A stretch of DNA of 63,997 nucleotides, filler included, from Licmophora abbreviata (Eukaryota), in the NCBI GenBank assembly GCA_900291995.1. It is 11 parts of 11 records of this genome, joined end to end, with 100 filler letters (N's around TTAATTAATTAA, not from the genome) between each part and the next. Parts side by side here need not be neighbours in the genome. Positions count along the whole stretch, not along the records: positions 27,593 to 31,777 come from OLMU01004236.1; positions 31,878 to 36,148 come from OLMU01004237.1; positions 36,249 to 39,354 come from OLMU01004238.1; positions 39,455 to 50,523 come from OLMU01004240.1; 7 more parts are not named here. One strand, given 5' to 3'. A program made the position numbers and the translations under genes. Below the pieces are notes generated by a model. The model saw nothing but the letters and a program-made list of their open reading frames with translations, searched no databases and was not told where the DNA came from. Positions 27,968 to 40,163 of the stretch are shown here, piece by piece (position 1 is the stretch's first letter; each line of letters opens with the position of its first letter).

Positions 27968-29612
27968 ATGAGCAAACGAAAGAATCGCCAAACGAACCAC
28001 TCGGAGTACTTTCTCGCACCCGGCGCCGGCGGCCAAGCAATGCGAAGAATACGGACACCGCATCCTCACGACGTTCTGTGCGGGCGCGGGGGAGGCATCA
28101 ACTCGCACGAAGGCAACATTGAGTTCCGGGAATGGGTTCACAGCCGGAAGAATGCCTACAACCTTGCCGTTAACAAGAACGAGAAAGCGCGGGTTGCCAG
28201 GGAGGTCATGCGCCTCGTCACCAAGCAGGATCCCCCCGGCAAGTTTCTGATGCGAGACCCCTCGTCGGGTTCTTCGCATCCTGGATGGTGGGTGGAGATT
28301 GATGAAACCAAGGCCATGGCCAAGACCAGTCAGGCACTCCGAGAAGGAGCACCCACGATTCGAGCTCAGCACAAGGCGGCGATGTCGTCGTCGAAGCGTC
28401 GGCGTGGCGGAAGCAAGACAGCCAGAACGACGGTTCGTAGCACGACTCCAGCTGATGCTTCTTCTTTCAGTATGGGACCTCCCAGACCAGTGGCTCCTTC
28501 GGCGATCCGTATGAGCCCTGAAGCGGTCGAGCAGGCACTGCAAACGGCGCATGCAGCCGCGGTGGCTACCAGCGTTCCAGGCAAGACAGCATTTCCTCCA
28601 CTCGTTGCGAACGTCACGTTCAGCGACGACTTCTCTTCGACAGCAGAGACTCCGCCCCTTTTGCCTGTCTCGCCACGGGGAGAAATGCCTACGTCCTTCC
28701 CATTGCCCTTTGGGCTTCCAAAGAAGAGTGCTTCCAGCAACAACATGAAGCGTTCGCATTCTCTAGCATTGTCAGACATGAGCACGCATGACATGGAGGA
28801 CGACTTTGTCAACCCGTTTGAGGATGAGAGTGTCGACTCACGAAGGGAGAAAGATGCCCTCGGCAGTCGGTGGCGACGCAATATGTCTTCCACGTCGAGC
28901 CATGGAGATATGGGTGGCATTGGAGCCTTGTTGAACAATAGCAACCCATCCCTTGGTCGGCAGCGCAGCAGTAGCAGCTTTAGCAACAACAACAACAACA
29001 ATCAGAGCGGGCGCAGCTTGTTCCGAAATGTTAGCAGCAGGTCAGTAGTCAGTGAAGAGGAAGAGAAGCCGATGTCAACAGCCGCCAGCAAGTGTTTCTG
29101 TCTCTGTGGTTCCGCTGTCGAAGATGGAAAAGTCTGTCCCTGTGGTGCACTTGCGGATCATCTTGCTTGGCGGGATGATTCCATCTGCCCTAACGACTGG
29201 TTGAATGTCGGCTTGAATATCAATGGCAACTTTGATCAAGTGGCGCACTAGCTTGTTGAAAGGAGCGGCAAGAGGGGGACGGACGGATACTTCGCGGGCG
29301 TGCATCTTCCTTCGTGACGCCCCTATAGATCCGTCTCTCTCACAACTATCTGGCTCCTCCTCCTTTTCAATGTACAGATCTAGCATGTCGGAATGGTCCG
29401 ATGTGACAGTTCCTGATGAGGGATACTATGTAAACGAAACAGATTTTGACGAGGGACTCAAGACTGTGATGGACGGCTCGGATCTGACAGCTCCCGGGAA
29501 CGGAGATGTCATACCTAGCCATTTGAATCCGTTTCGTGGAGGAAGCTCACTCACACGTCGACTCTCGCCAAAACCGAACAAGGGAGGATCGAAGAATGAT
29601 GTTACTCAGTGA
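27968..29612 (+). CDS. DUF6824-domain protein (diatom-expanded family); probable intron 29041-29251
   Basis: PHPHDVLCGRGGGINSHEGNIEFR...PPGKFL...WVEIDETKAMAKTSQALRE; GT-AG splicing joins the downstream ORF in frame. Confidence 0.8.
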
Positions 29613-29784
29613 TTCGAGACTGTCAAGTAGTGTATTTGAAACTATGATGTATGAATGAAATGGGAACTCTTGTTACTTCCATTAAAAGCATTAGAATGAA
29701 CAGTGAACAAGATAGAAATGCTTCGTCTACTCACATGTAGCTAGTTTGTTGAGACTTGGTTGGTCGGAGCGACCAGATCCTTGA

Positions 29785-32045
29785 TCACTTAATGGTTGTG
29801 ACATCCTTGTCAATATCCCTCCAGGCCACTGGGAACTCGCGAGCCCACATGGGCGGAGAGATGGGTCGGTATTCCCGAAGAGCCAACTTGTTCCTCTTCG
29901 GGACGTAGTAGTAACTGTTGATGACTCCCTGGTCCCAACCTTCAGACTTGTCCTTTTGCGAGTGATATCCACGAACTCTGTTGATGTAGCCAGTGAACGT
30001 CGAGTAGTAAGTGCCGATAAACGTCCTGCCGCGGGAGGCAATAAGCTGATCGAGCATCCCATAGTAGTTCGTGTTGACCCCTTCTATTAGGTGGTGAAAG
30101 TCGTCCAAGAAATATACGTTGTAATGCTTTCGGAAAATGTCGAAAAACGACGCATCCCTTTCGTCGGTGGCGATATATAGTGTCGAGTTCTCCACAAGCA
30201 CATCGCGCACATTGTTGTAGATCTCCTCCGGCGGGATGCGCGTGTCCTTGTACTGAAAGTCTCCACGACGAATATGATAGCTGTCGTACACACCACTCTT
30301 ATCTCCATGCTTCCTCGACTTGTCGCGAACCGCATTGACCACTCGCGCAGCAGCACACTGTATGGCATCAATGTACCTTAGATGGTCGCGCACGAAACGT
30401 TTGGTCCATTGCTCCTGTTTCCAATCCTCCAGGAACAGGAACGCATAGAAATGTACCAATAAACGAGCTCCAGAATCATTGTCTCCCATCATGTGAACCA
30501 CAGGAGCATTGTGGTACTCCGAATCGTATACGCATACAGTCTCTCGGTGAGCCAGACGCTCATTCAGGCGGTCCACGGGATCAGCGTCGACAGGGACAAC
30601 TTTCTTGTTGAACTCAAACTTATCAACTCGTTCTGGATATGAGACATTCTGCACATGCTCCACCATGCCCATTAGTCGCGCTGGGCCTGATTTGTCGTTC
30701 GGATCTGCCGGGAAGCCAACCATACACTTATCAAAGTTCCATAGCGGCGCCTTTCCAATCGTACGAGAATACACTGCGAAATCCCTTCCTTCGTGTCGAC
30801 TCATACCATCCCAGTTTGTACGATTCTTGGGCGGAAACGGCACCTTCCCAGTTTCTGGGCTTTTAATGTTCCCCGTCATAATCTCACGCTTCAGGAACTC
30901 TTCAGTCGAAATAACTTCAAGCCCAGAGTGCTCCACGGCCACGGATTCAAAGTGGAAAAAGTCAGCAAACGTAAAGCGATTCGTCGAATTCTTGTCGTCC
31001 TGTAAGAAACGAAAAATATCACCAAGAGAAGGACAGATCAGAAAAAACAACATTGACATCTGGCAGATTGCGACTGCAAACTATCCGTACCCTGTGCAAG
31101 AGATAGATACCCTGCTGAGGAGGCATGACAAGAGTTCGCCCCATGTTGTACGCAAGTGTAACGGCTGTTTCCATGGCCATGCGGAGATTGTTCCATCCAC
31201 CCTCATCTGATGATCGGAACGTGTCATGGTTAGATCATTGGAGACAAAGAATGACATGGGCTACAAAGCGATTACGTACCCGGCTCAAAGGTCAAATACT
31301 TCCTCTTTGGTCCCGCATTCATGTATGGACTGATAAACCTGGCATCCTCCTCGATATCCCTCCAGTAGACCATTTCAGCTGCAAGCTCGTCACTCGGACC
31401 CCCGTAAGCTTTGCACGACAAGCCAGCCACCTTGTGAACCTCCTCCTCGGTAGACTTCTCTTTGCCCTGGGACTCCGCCTTGACAGGTACCGGTTCCTTC
31501 GTGTGTTCTACCTTGGATTCCGTTTTGGGTTCTACCTTGGTTTCCACCTTGGTTTCCACCTTGGTTTCCACCTTGGTTTCTACCTTGGGCTCCACCTTAG
31601 TTTCTACCTTTGCTTCCGTCTTGACTACCGTCCCACGCTTTCCTTCCACGTCTCCATGGGCCAAGGCCTCGACGACTTTTCGCGCCGGTAGTTTTGCATT
31701 AGTACCATGCTTCTCCAAAGTCATTGCCATTTCCCGCGGAACTTTCATCTTTTTGGTGTGCTTGGCCGTAGGCCCATNNNNNNNNNNNNNNNNNNNNNNN
31801 NNNNNNNNNNNNNNNNNNNNNTTAATTAATTAANNNNNNNNNNNNNNNNNNNNNNNNNNNNNNNNNNNNNNNNNNNNAACTTTCATCTTTTTGGTGTGCT
31901 TGGCCGTAGGCCCATTGGCGAGGTGAAGAAAGTCTGACAGTATATCTTGGTTGACCACATCTTGAAACTGGACACGATAGACGTAAACGACGTTTGCAAC
32001 CGCCAAGAAGCAAAGCAAGGAGAAGAGGAGAGCCCACGTGCCCAT
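29785..32045 (-). CDS. Second O-FucT family glycosyltransferase, multi-exon, with KVET-repeat stem
   Basis: [56 protein letters not shown]-terminal TM; paralog of 13139-14921. Confidence 0.85.
31506..31626 (-). repeat. 12-bp coding minisatellite (KVET/KVEP tetrapeptide)
   Basis: Repeated GGTTTCCACCTT units. Confidence 0.85.
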
Positions 32046-32438
32046 CTTTTGTTCGTTTTTTCTAAGAATGAAAGAAGAACAATGGCAGCCACCCAGTTCA
32101 GTTTCGCCTCACGAGACTGTAAAAGATGAAAGGACAAGGGGTCCTTCGTTGTCCTCGTCGTCTCCTTCTTGCCACACTGCAACAACACACGTTCCATCGA
32201 TCGCGGCGGTCACGGTCATTCCGGCCGTGAGGCGCGCAATGCGCGTTCCAACGCATACATAAACGACTCATTCGACCTGACTCAACATTGCGAGCTCTCG
32301 GGAGCGGGAAAAACTTCCCGCCAAACACACATCACGCGGCTTTTTCTTTTCTTGACACGCTTCGCGTTTCTCGTTCCTAAAGGTGTCACACACATACCAA
32401 CACCACAGCGACGGCGACCAATCGACGTTATCTACACC

Positions 32439-32939
32439 ATGATTCGGTTCTCCTACATTGCTTTCTTGTTCCTGTCTTCTGCCTCTGCCTTTGTGACTCA
32501 GCAGTCCAATCCTAAGAGGACACGCACCTCCTTCCTGTCGGGTCAAAAGCCCATTAGTTGGGCCGATTACAAGCACGATCACGTCGATCCCATCACTCCT
32601 CACGAGACTCCCAGTAAGATTCACGACCATGGCGACCCCGCGAAACGAGCCATTGCGGATGAATACTGGCTCAAGCAGTTCGAAGATGACAAGGAAAGAC
32701 TCCACCGCATGATGGAGAAAGCCGCTATTCAAAGTAGTACACCCCCTCGTCCGCAAGAGCCTTATTCCGAGACGTGGACTCACTACAAGCATGACTTCAT
32801 TGATCCCATTACTCCACACGAGAGTCCATCCAAGGTGGAGAGTCATATGGATCCAAGAAAGCGGAAAATTGCCGATGAATACTGGCTTCAATGGTACAAG
32901 GACGAAAAGGAAAAGCTTCACCGCAGCCAGAACGAGTAG
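32439..32939 (+). CDS. Small plastid-targeted protein with two 50-aa repeats, unknown function
   Basis: LSSASA-FV presequence; W..YKHD..DPITPHE.PSK...DP.KR.IADEYWL......KE.LHR twice. Confidence 0.8.
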   Translation: MIRFSYIAFLFLSSASAFVTQQSNPKRTRTSFLSGQKPISWADYKHDHVDPITPHETPSKIHDHGDPAKRAIADEYWLKQFEDDKERLHRMMEKAAIQSSTPPRPQEPYSETWTHYKHDFIDPITPHESPSKVESHMDPRKRKIADEYWLQWYKDEKEKLHRSQNE

Positions 32940-33023
32940 CAACGTCGACTAATACAGGCAGAAATGAGTGCAATGCGATGGCCCTCGAATGAAATTGCTT
33001 TTGACTTTAGATAGAAAGAGACA

Positions 33024-34275
33024 CTATTTACGCGCTACTTTTTTCCCTGCATCGTCCACGACAGTAAACTCACCGAGCCACTTGTTCACGAGTTCATACG
33101 TCAAGAACATGATTGCCGAGTTCGGTACGACCTTCATGAGGTGAACGCCCATACCTGCGTACAGCCCGTTCCTCCCCTCTTCTTTGGCAATCACACCAAG
33201 AGTCTGCCACATACCATGATACTTGAACATGCCGCTCCGCGCCTGCTCGCGGAGCCGTGTGCGCGCCACCTCATGCGGATACGTCGCAATGGCCGCTAGT
33301 CCCTTGGCCAGAGCCGCGGAAAAGAAGTATTCCCATTCAGACAGATGATTGTCGGGGCGCAAGCCCTTTTCTGCGCGAATGCGGTTCTGTCGTTTGATCA
33401 ATCGAGTCTTCATTTGTTCGTACAAGATGAACTGAAGGGCTCCCTCCGTGCATCCCCAGTAACTGGCAAAGATGCCCTTGTAGAATCCAGCGATGCCTTC
33501 TTGCTTGAAAATGGTCGAAACTGCGTCGCCGTATCCTGCATATGCCCTCTGTCCTGCTGAAGCATCCGCCAGGAGCTGCATTCTGGTCCGGACCATCCAA
33601 ATCGGATTCGTCAAAGTGTTTCCACAGATTCCCGCACAGATTCCACTAATCATGGCATTCCCCGGCGACCCTGCTGGCAGATACGGCCCTAACGCTTTCT
33701 TACTTTGTTCATAGGCATAAAAGTACGCAGAACGAGAAGGCATGATCCCCACCAGTGTCGGGGGCAGTCCACGAAAGAAGCCCGACAGTCCGTCCTGTTT
33801 GAGAATGCGCTGTGCGATCGTAATGGGATGACCGTGCGCCTTGGCGAGCTCTCCCACAACAGCATTGGAAGACTGCAGCTGCGCCTTGATGACTTCCAAC
33901 GGATTTGTCAAACAAGCTGCGATAGTACCGGCGACGCCTCCCGAGAGCAAACTGACGAAAACGACAAAACACAAGAGTGTCAGCATGAACATGATAAATC
34001 CAAGAGGATACGAAGGGAGTGATATGGATGACTTACTTGAATGCTTTCATCCGCGTGGCAGACATCGTCTTGACGGCAGCAGCGGTTGCTCCCCCTCGTT
34101 GGGCTGTGCTAGCCTTCGGAAGGACTGGCGTTGCCCTACTGTTACTGATGGGTGATGACACCGAGTGATGACGATTTGAATTTCGCGCCAACGTGAACGG
34201 CAGCAGACGGCCGGCGGCAACGGACCCTGAAAGCGCCAAGCAGCATGGAAGCAACCATAGCTTTTGTAACCTCAT
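33024..34275 (-). CDS. Mitochondrial carrier family protein (Rim2/SLC25A33/36-like) with N-terminal signal peptide; intron 33952-34036
   Basis: Three carrier motifs (PLEVIK, PIWMVR, PHEVAR); GIMPSRSAYFY; VVPNSAIMF. Confidence 0.88.
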
Positions 34276-34597
34276 GAGTGATCTAGCTAGAGTTGTCTTG
34301 TATGGAAGGACCTATCGCCGATCCAAGAGGCGCATGTGTCGCGATGATGGAATGAATCCATCGAATCGGCATCGCGCCGAAAACAGTTGATGGTTGGAGG
34401 AGACACGAGCGCGCGCCAAACGAGCGAAGGATGAATGACGGACGCAGTGTTCGTACTCAGCGAAGCGTGACTCATTTGTTTCTTCTTCCTTTCCCGCCAA
34501 CTCACTTTTTCCGTATTCATCACACACTGTCACTTCCATGGACCACACACAAAGTGTGCTACTCACAAGGCAGTCGTGAGCCTTTTGCATCCTGACC

Positions 34598-35815
34598 ATG
34601 ATCTCTTCCACAGTAGCGACGCTTTTACTCCTGCTGATATCCTCAAAAGCCTTTGCACCTGCTTTCAGACGAAACGATTCTGCTTCTTTGCGGACTCGAA
34701 GACATGCGGGCGGCGACGAAGCGATCCATGATGCGACCGGCGACGCAGAACGCGCCACGCAAAAGAAGGCTCTTTTGCAACTTCTCGGGAGAAGCTCCGA
34801 ACAAGGCCAAACCGATCCAGTGCTGGCTGACCCTGAAACGAAAGAACCTATTCGAATCTCGACGGCTGGAACATTGCTAGGAGGTTCTTCTCGTCCCAAT
34901 ATCAAGTATGACATGCAGTCCAGCACCAACCAGTATGGCGGCTCGTCTGATAGCTTTCTCAACTTGCTGGAGCCCAAGACGGACGATTCGTCCTTCTCCA
35001 CCAATCCTGTCCTCGAGGAGGCTGTCAAGCCCTTTACTGTCTTTATTCCACCTCCCCTCCGATCAATATTTGCCAGTAGCATGGCGGCAGGGGCGAGCGA
35101 CGACAACTACATTCCCATGAGGGACTTGTTCACATCGCCGGCAGTGTCATTTGCCTACGAACGAGGATGGCGACAAGGATTTGCTCGCGCGGGATTTCCT
35201 GGACCAGATATCGAATACCAAATGGCACGAGACTACTTTGCGCCAGCTGTGACCAATACGGATGATACTTCAAACAAGAAGAAAAGTACAGTGGTGGACA
35301 TGAGCTGTGCGACGGGACTATTCACTCGCCGGTTCGCAAAGAGCGACGAGTATGACCGAGTACTGGGATGTGATTATTCGGAATCCATGCTGACGGAAGC
35401 GAGAAGACGGATTCGTTCAGATCCAAGCTTGCTACAGTTGAAACGAACAAAGTTAGACCTGGTCCGTCTCGATGTCGGCAAGATTCCGATGCAAGACGGC
35501 TCGGTCGAGGCGCTGCACGCCGGTGCCGCCATGCACTGTTGGCCAGACTTGGAGCGTGCGGCCAAGGAGATATATCGAGTTTTGAAGCCAGGTGGTCGCT
35601 ACTTTGCCACAACCTTTCTCTCAAGCTACTTTGCTACTCTCCAAGCGGCAGATGGCGGCATGATGGGGAGTACCAATACTAGCAGCCAGGCATTCCAGAA
35701 CTTTGAAAGCGTCGATGAACTGCGGAAACTTATGGAATCAGGAGGTTTTGAGCAAGACAAGATCCAGATTGAAGTGCTCGGTGCTGCTTGTGTGGTGATT
35801 CGATGCGAAAAGTAA
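34598..35815 (+). CDS. Plastid class I SAM-dependent methyltransferase (plant plastoglobule MTase-like)
   Basis: SKA-FAP presequence; SFAYERGWRQGF..GFPGPD, VDMSCATGLF, DYSESML, HAGAAMHCWP, RVLKPGG. Confidence 0.85.
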   Translation: MISSTVATLLLLLISSKAFAPAFRRNDSASLRTRRHAGGDEAIHDATGDAERATQKKALLQLLGRSSEQGQTDPVLADPETKEPIRISTAGTLLGGSSRPNIKYDMQSSTNQYGGSSDSFLNLLEPKTDDSSFSTNPVLEEAVKPFTVFIPPPLRSIFASSMAAGASDDNYIPMRDLFTSPAVSFAYERGWRQGFARAGFPGPDIEYQMARDYFAPAVTNTDDTSNKKKSTVVDMSCATGLFTRRFAKSDEYDRVLGCDYSESMLTEARRRIRSDPSLLQLKRTKLDLVRLDVGKIPMQDGSVEALHAGAAMHCWPDLERAAKEIYRVLKPGGRYFATTFLSSYFATLQAADGGMMGSTNTSSQAFQNFESVDELRKLMESGGFEQDKIQIEVLGAACVVIRCEK

Positions 35816-36121
35816 TTAGAAACTACTGGAGTACAAAATGGGAAAATAACAGTAGCTTTGTTCATGGTAGTTAATTTTCCGGAAGGTTGTACGATGATTC
35901 TGTCCACGCCTCTCTCTCAACAATCCACCAATATATCGTATGTGCATCTAAGGTAGATTTGCGGCTTGAGGGGTCTGCAGAACTGTGGTACTGGAACTCC
36001 TGGCTCACCGAGAACATCAAATTGGACTACAGCGGAAGGTATACACGGCAGCCAGGGAAGGAAACAAACAAAGAGCCGACATCAAAGAAGGCGGAAACAG
36101 GAGGAAGCGATTCCGTGGTCG

Positions 36122-36827
36122 TCACAGAAAAGGAATGGGGCCGTCGCCNNNNNNNNNNNNNNNNNNNNNNNNNNNNNNNNNNNNNNNNNNNNTTAATTAA
36201 TTAANNNNNNNNNNNNNNNNNNNNNNNNNNNNNNNNNNNNNNNNNNNNGGCCGTCGCCATTTGGAAAGCTTGTCTGTGAAAAGAGATTGAAAGTTCGACA
36301 AAGTGAGTTGAGTATTTTGGCAACTCGGGATTGCGGCAATGACACGACTCGCAGTTCCTTACTTGGTAGAGATCATAGTACTTGGGCAGCAAACTGCCGA
36401 GGAAACCAAAGAGGAAGGCTCCCATCAGCCCCAGTATCTCCCCCTCCTCCGACTCTTCGTGAGCGTGGTGGCGCATTTCCAAAAATTCCTCCGACTTGCT
36501 CTTGTCACCAAGAAAGTCATCTACTTCGACTTCTGCTACAGCCTTCGGCTTTCCCCAGGCCAGGTACTTTTGCACAAGCTCCTGTCGGACCTGTTTGATC
36601 TCCTCACTCTGCAAATGACGTCTCCAGAGAGACTGTTCGTCCAGGTTCACTTCGTCGTGGAGAGCTTGCTCATCGCTGTACCGCATGGAGGAAGCAGAAC
36701 GACGAGCGCTGCCGCTTCTTTGTTCTAACGCCACCGGAGAGGCAAAGGCTGGTCTACTGCTGAAGGCAAGCGTCTCCCCAGAAGCCAAGAAAGCCAACAG
36801 AAACATGGAAAAGCAGTAGTGATTCAT
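36122..36827 (-). CDS. Hypothetical plastid-targeted protein with C-terminal TM; the last exon spans a false gap
   Basis: TLA-FSS presequence; merging the 10-bp overlap across the spacer yields TSFPNGDGPIPFL-stop at 36122. Confidence 0.6.
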
Positions 36828-37242
36828 GGTTGCAGATACTATAGATATGACAATGCGGTGTGGTGTTCTTGTGTCCTTCTGCTCGAAGTGTTCTTGTTCG
36901 GAACTCTCTTTGGTGGACTTGGTGTGACGTTCTTGACACCCGTAGAATTCTACGTGTTGCTAGTACAGGTGTCAACAACTTCACACTGGCAATCTGTGAA
37001 GTTCGAAAGGTGGCCCACGCGGAGTGACGTAGGACGCGCCGGGCGGGTCGAAAAGAGGCGGGAAAAGACGACAGCTGTCATTGGTATGGAGTCAGTCGCG
37101 AGTGAGAGTCCGTGGTACACTATCGCAACTGAAACGTTCCGGCATCCTAACACCACAACGCCGATTCGATTCGATTCGAGTTCTACTCAACGCAGACAGC
37201 CCTATAACACGAAGTAGCATTACCCACCAGTAGGTTAAATAT

Positions 37243-39335
37243 CTACGTTTGTCGCTGACCAGCCGCCAGCGCCGTGATGGACTTTGCAAGTTCTTCTGCT
37301 TGGGGCATGGTGAGAGTCTTCAGAGCAAAGCTTTCCTCCTCTGCTGATTTTGTCACTAGCGCATGATGGGGGACTTCATACAACATCTGCGCCAGCTGCC
37401 TCTCTTCTGGTACCGATCCTCGCTCGTACATGCTCATGAGCAGCAAGTCACCCCCAGTGTGAACCGCCGCACAGTGGGCCTTACCCAAGGTTGTACATGA
37501 GGTAGCAGCCCGTCGGACATGGGAACCGTTTGTTGCCTCTTCCTGTTTGCGCGATCCTTCCAAGGAAGGAGACAGTATCCAAAGGAGAGAATCGAGAATT
37601 CCTTCTTCCAAGAGGAAACGAGCGTGACTCTGCGGCACAGCGAACAGGCATGTGAGTCAAAGAGGGACAACCTAATGCAACCCATTTTCTAAAACCAGCA
37701 TACCTTGTCCTTTGCGAGAATATTGATTTCTTCGAGGGCTTCGTTCTTTTCATCTCGTGTAGTTTCTGCGCTTGCCATGACGTCGAGCCAAGCACGTGGC
37801 TGTTTGGCCGGGTCCAAGGAGTAAATCTGACTCAAGGGTGTGATTCGTCCTGCAACATTTCAATCCGACGAGGACAACAATGAGCCTGTGGTTCATACAA
37901 TTTCACATATACAGTATCACATGCGCACACAGATTATGCTGGATCTTTACTCACCATGGCGCAAAACTGCCGGGCGTCGTTCTCCTGGTCGTGCTGGGGA
38001 AGCGGCTTTTCGTGTCTCTTGACTACTCATCTGTTGAGGTTGATTTGCACCCTGCCCCTGCTCAACCGCTTTGACGACGGTCCCACCATCCGGCCCACTA
38101 TCGTTCGGTTCTTCATTCTCGTCCTTTAAACTGTGGCTACTTTCGACGTCGGGAGCAGAGAAAAAGTCCGTCACGTCCTGAGGGATGTGTTCCGCAACGC
38201 CCGCATCGCGACAGGACGCGGCACAAGTGGAGGTCAGCTTTTCGCTGGCATTCATGGCCGACTCCTGAGCTTTCATGACAGCTTGCGTCCTCTGCTCCTC
38301 TGGAATCTGCAAGAAGCCCACCCCAAGACCAACTGCAGCGGCTCCTATAAGCAACCCAACGGGGCCCAGCACAATAGCTCCAATAGAAGCAGCGGCAACC
38401 ACTCCAGCAGTAGTTTTGGCCACCGGCGTATCCAAGCTCTTTCCAAGAAACTCAAAATCCTCTTGGTTCATAAGAGGCGATACTTCTTTTTCCGTATCAG
38501 TTTCCACCGTTTTCTCTTGTGCTTTTCGTTTCATCTGCTTTTTCTGCTCGAATGTAATACTCTCTTGGCTCTCTTCGTCATCACGGTCACCGTAGTCGTA
38601 CGTTCGTTCGTCATCCTCCATTCGGACAGAAGGTCCTGCCGTACCCTTGCTCGAGCTGTGGCTCCGACTCAACAAGAAGGAATTGGTGGCACTATTATTC
38701 GGCGGTGCGTTGTTGGTGGAACCGCCTTCGGTGTCAAATGAGGAACTGGAAGCACGCGTCAACGTGGGTTTTCTGTGTTTTCGTCTCTCATCTTCGTCAG
38801 TCATGATTATTTGTCTGACACTTGTCTCAGTTATTTCGTCGTCATCATGGGACTCTGGCGTCAGAAGCTTATTAAAATAGGTATCACTCTCCTTCATCAT
38901 GACTGCCTCTTTTGGAGTGGGCGAACCACCTCGACGCATGCGCTGCATGCGTTTGGCCTTGGCCAGTTTTCCTTCGCGCGGAGAGCGAGACGCCCGGAGG
39001 GCTCGGTCACCCTCGTCAGTCTCAGTGCTTAAACTGTTTGCTACGCGACGCTCTCCATTTAGTTGAGAGTGTGAAGATCTTCGATCACTCGTCTGTGACC
39101 TTCCGGAAGTCTTTCCCTCTGGCAGAGACCTTCTAGTGGCGCTAGATGATCTCTTTGCAGACGTCTGCGCCAGACGGTCACGTTGCTGCTGTTGACGCTC
39201 TCGTCTCCGTTCTTTCAGACCTCCTTCCTCCGGCGCTCGGGGTTCTTCCTCCGCCATCGGACCTTTGCCGACTTCCTGCTGCAAGCGGCTACGTCGACTC
39301 TGACTGGCCTTGGTCGACGAGCTGCTAGAGGCCAC
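37243..39335 (-). CDS. Hypothetical protein (disordered N-terminus, glycine-zipper TM, conserved-looking C-terminal block), multi-exon
   Basis: 462-aa ORF plus downstream exon(s) (LEEGILDSL, CTTLGKAHCA). Confidence 0.55.
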
Positions 39336-39454
39336 AAAGGCACTACTTTTTCTTNNNNNNNNNNNNNNNNNNNNNNNNNNNNNNNNNNNNNNNNNNNNTT
39401 AATTAATTAANNNNNNNNNNNNNNNNNNNNNNNNNNNNNNNNNNNNNNNNNNNN

Positions 39455-39952
39455 CCAGCTCGGGGTGCGCGACATGGGGCTGCCGGTAGAGCTCTTTCCG
39501 TCGGTGAGCGTTAACTTGTACGTCTTGCCATCGCCACGGTACCGCAGTCGAATTGCTTCACTCTCTTTCGGAAGTCCTTCTGGGAGAGGCGCACGCACCG
39601 AAGTGAAACCTCCTCCGTCGGTATTGATGGTTCCTGTGAAATGAAGACCCTGATCAGTGGAAACGTGAACCGTCTCACTCTGACCGCCCATGACTCCATC
39701 ATCCAATCGATGCCATTGGAGGGGCGTTCCCAAAAATTCCAAAGACGGAACTGCGTTGGCGATATTTGCAGATCGATCGTACTTCATCACGCGCATCGCC
39801 TGTCCCATGGAGTCCTGTTCTTGTCTTTTTTTAGGGAAGAGACGTCTCCAAAGCGCTCTCTTCTCCTTGGCAGCAGAGACAGTTCTTCCCTTCTCTGAAG
39901 AGAAAATGAGAAAGGTCACAAGAACCGAGAGAGCAGCGACCACACCTCTCAT
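39455..39952 (-). CDS. CIA30/NDUFAF1-domain protein with N-terminal hydrophobic leader, 3' end in gap
   Basis: WHRLDDGVMGGQS, FTGTI..GGGFTSVR, RGDGKTYKL. Confidence 0.75.
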
Positions 39953-40163
39953 GGACGACACATTCAGGGGCGAGATGCGCTTTCTTGCAATCACATTTTG
40001 ACGGATCGACGGAGCGCGCGCCATCAAAAAGGCTTCCGCGTGGCGGCGCGCCAAAATTGACTTCAAGCGGTGATGCCAACTCCGGATTCCATCATTCATT
40101 CCGACACCGCATAGGCGTTTCGATCTATCCTAACGATTGATTTCGCCTTGTATCCTTAACTTT

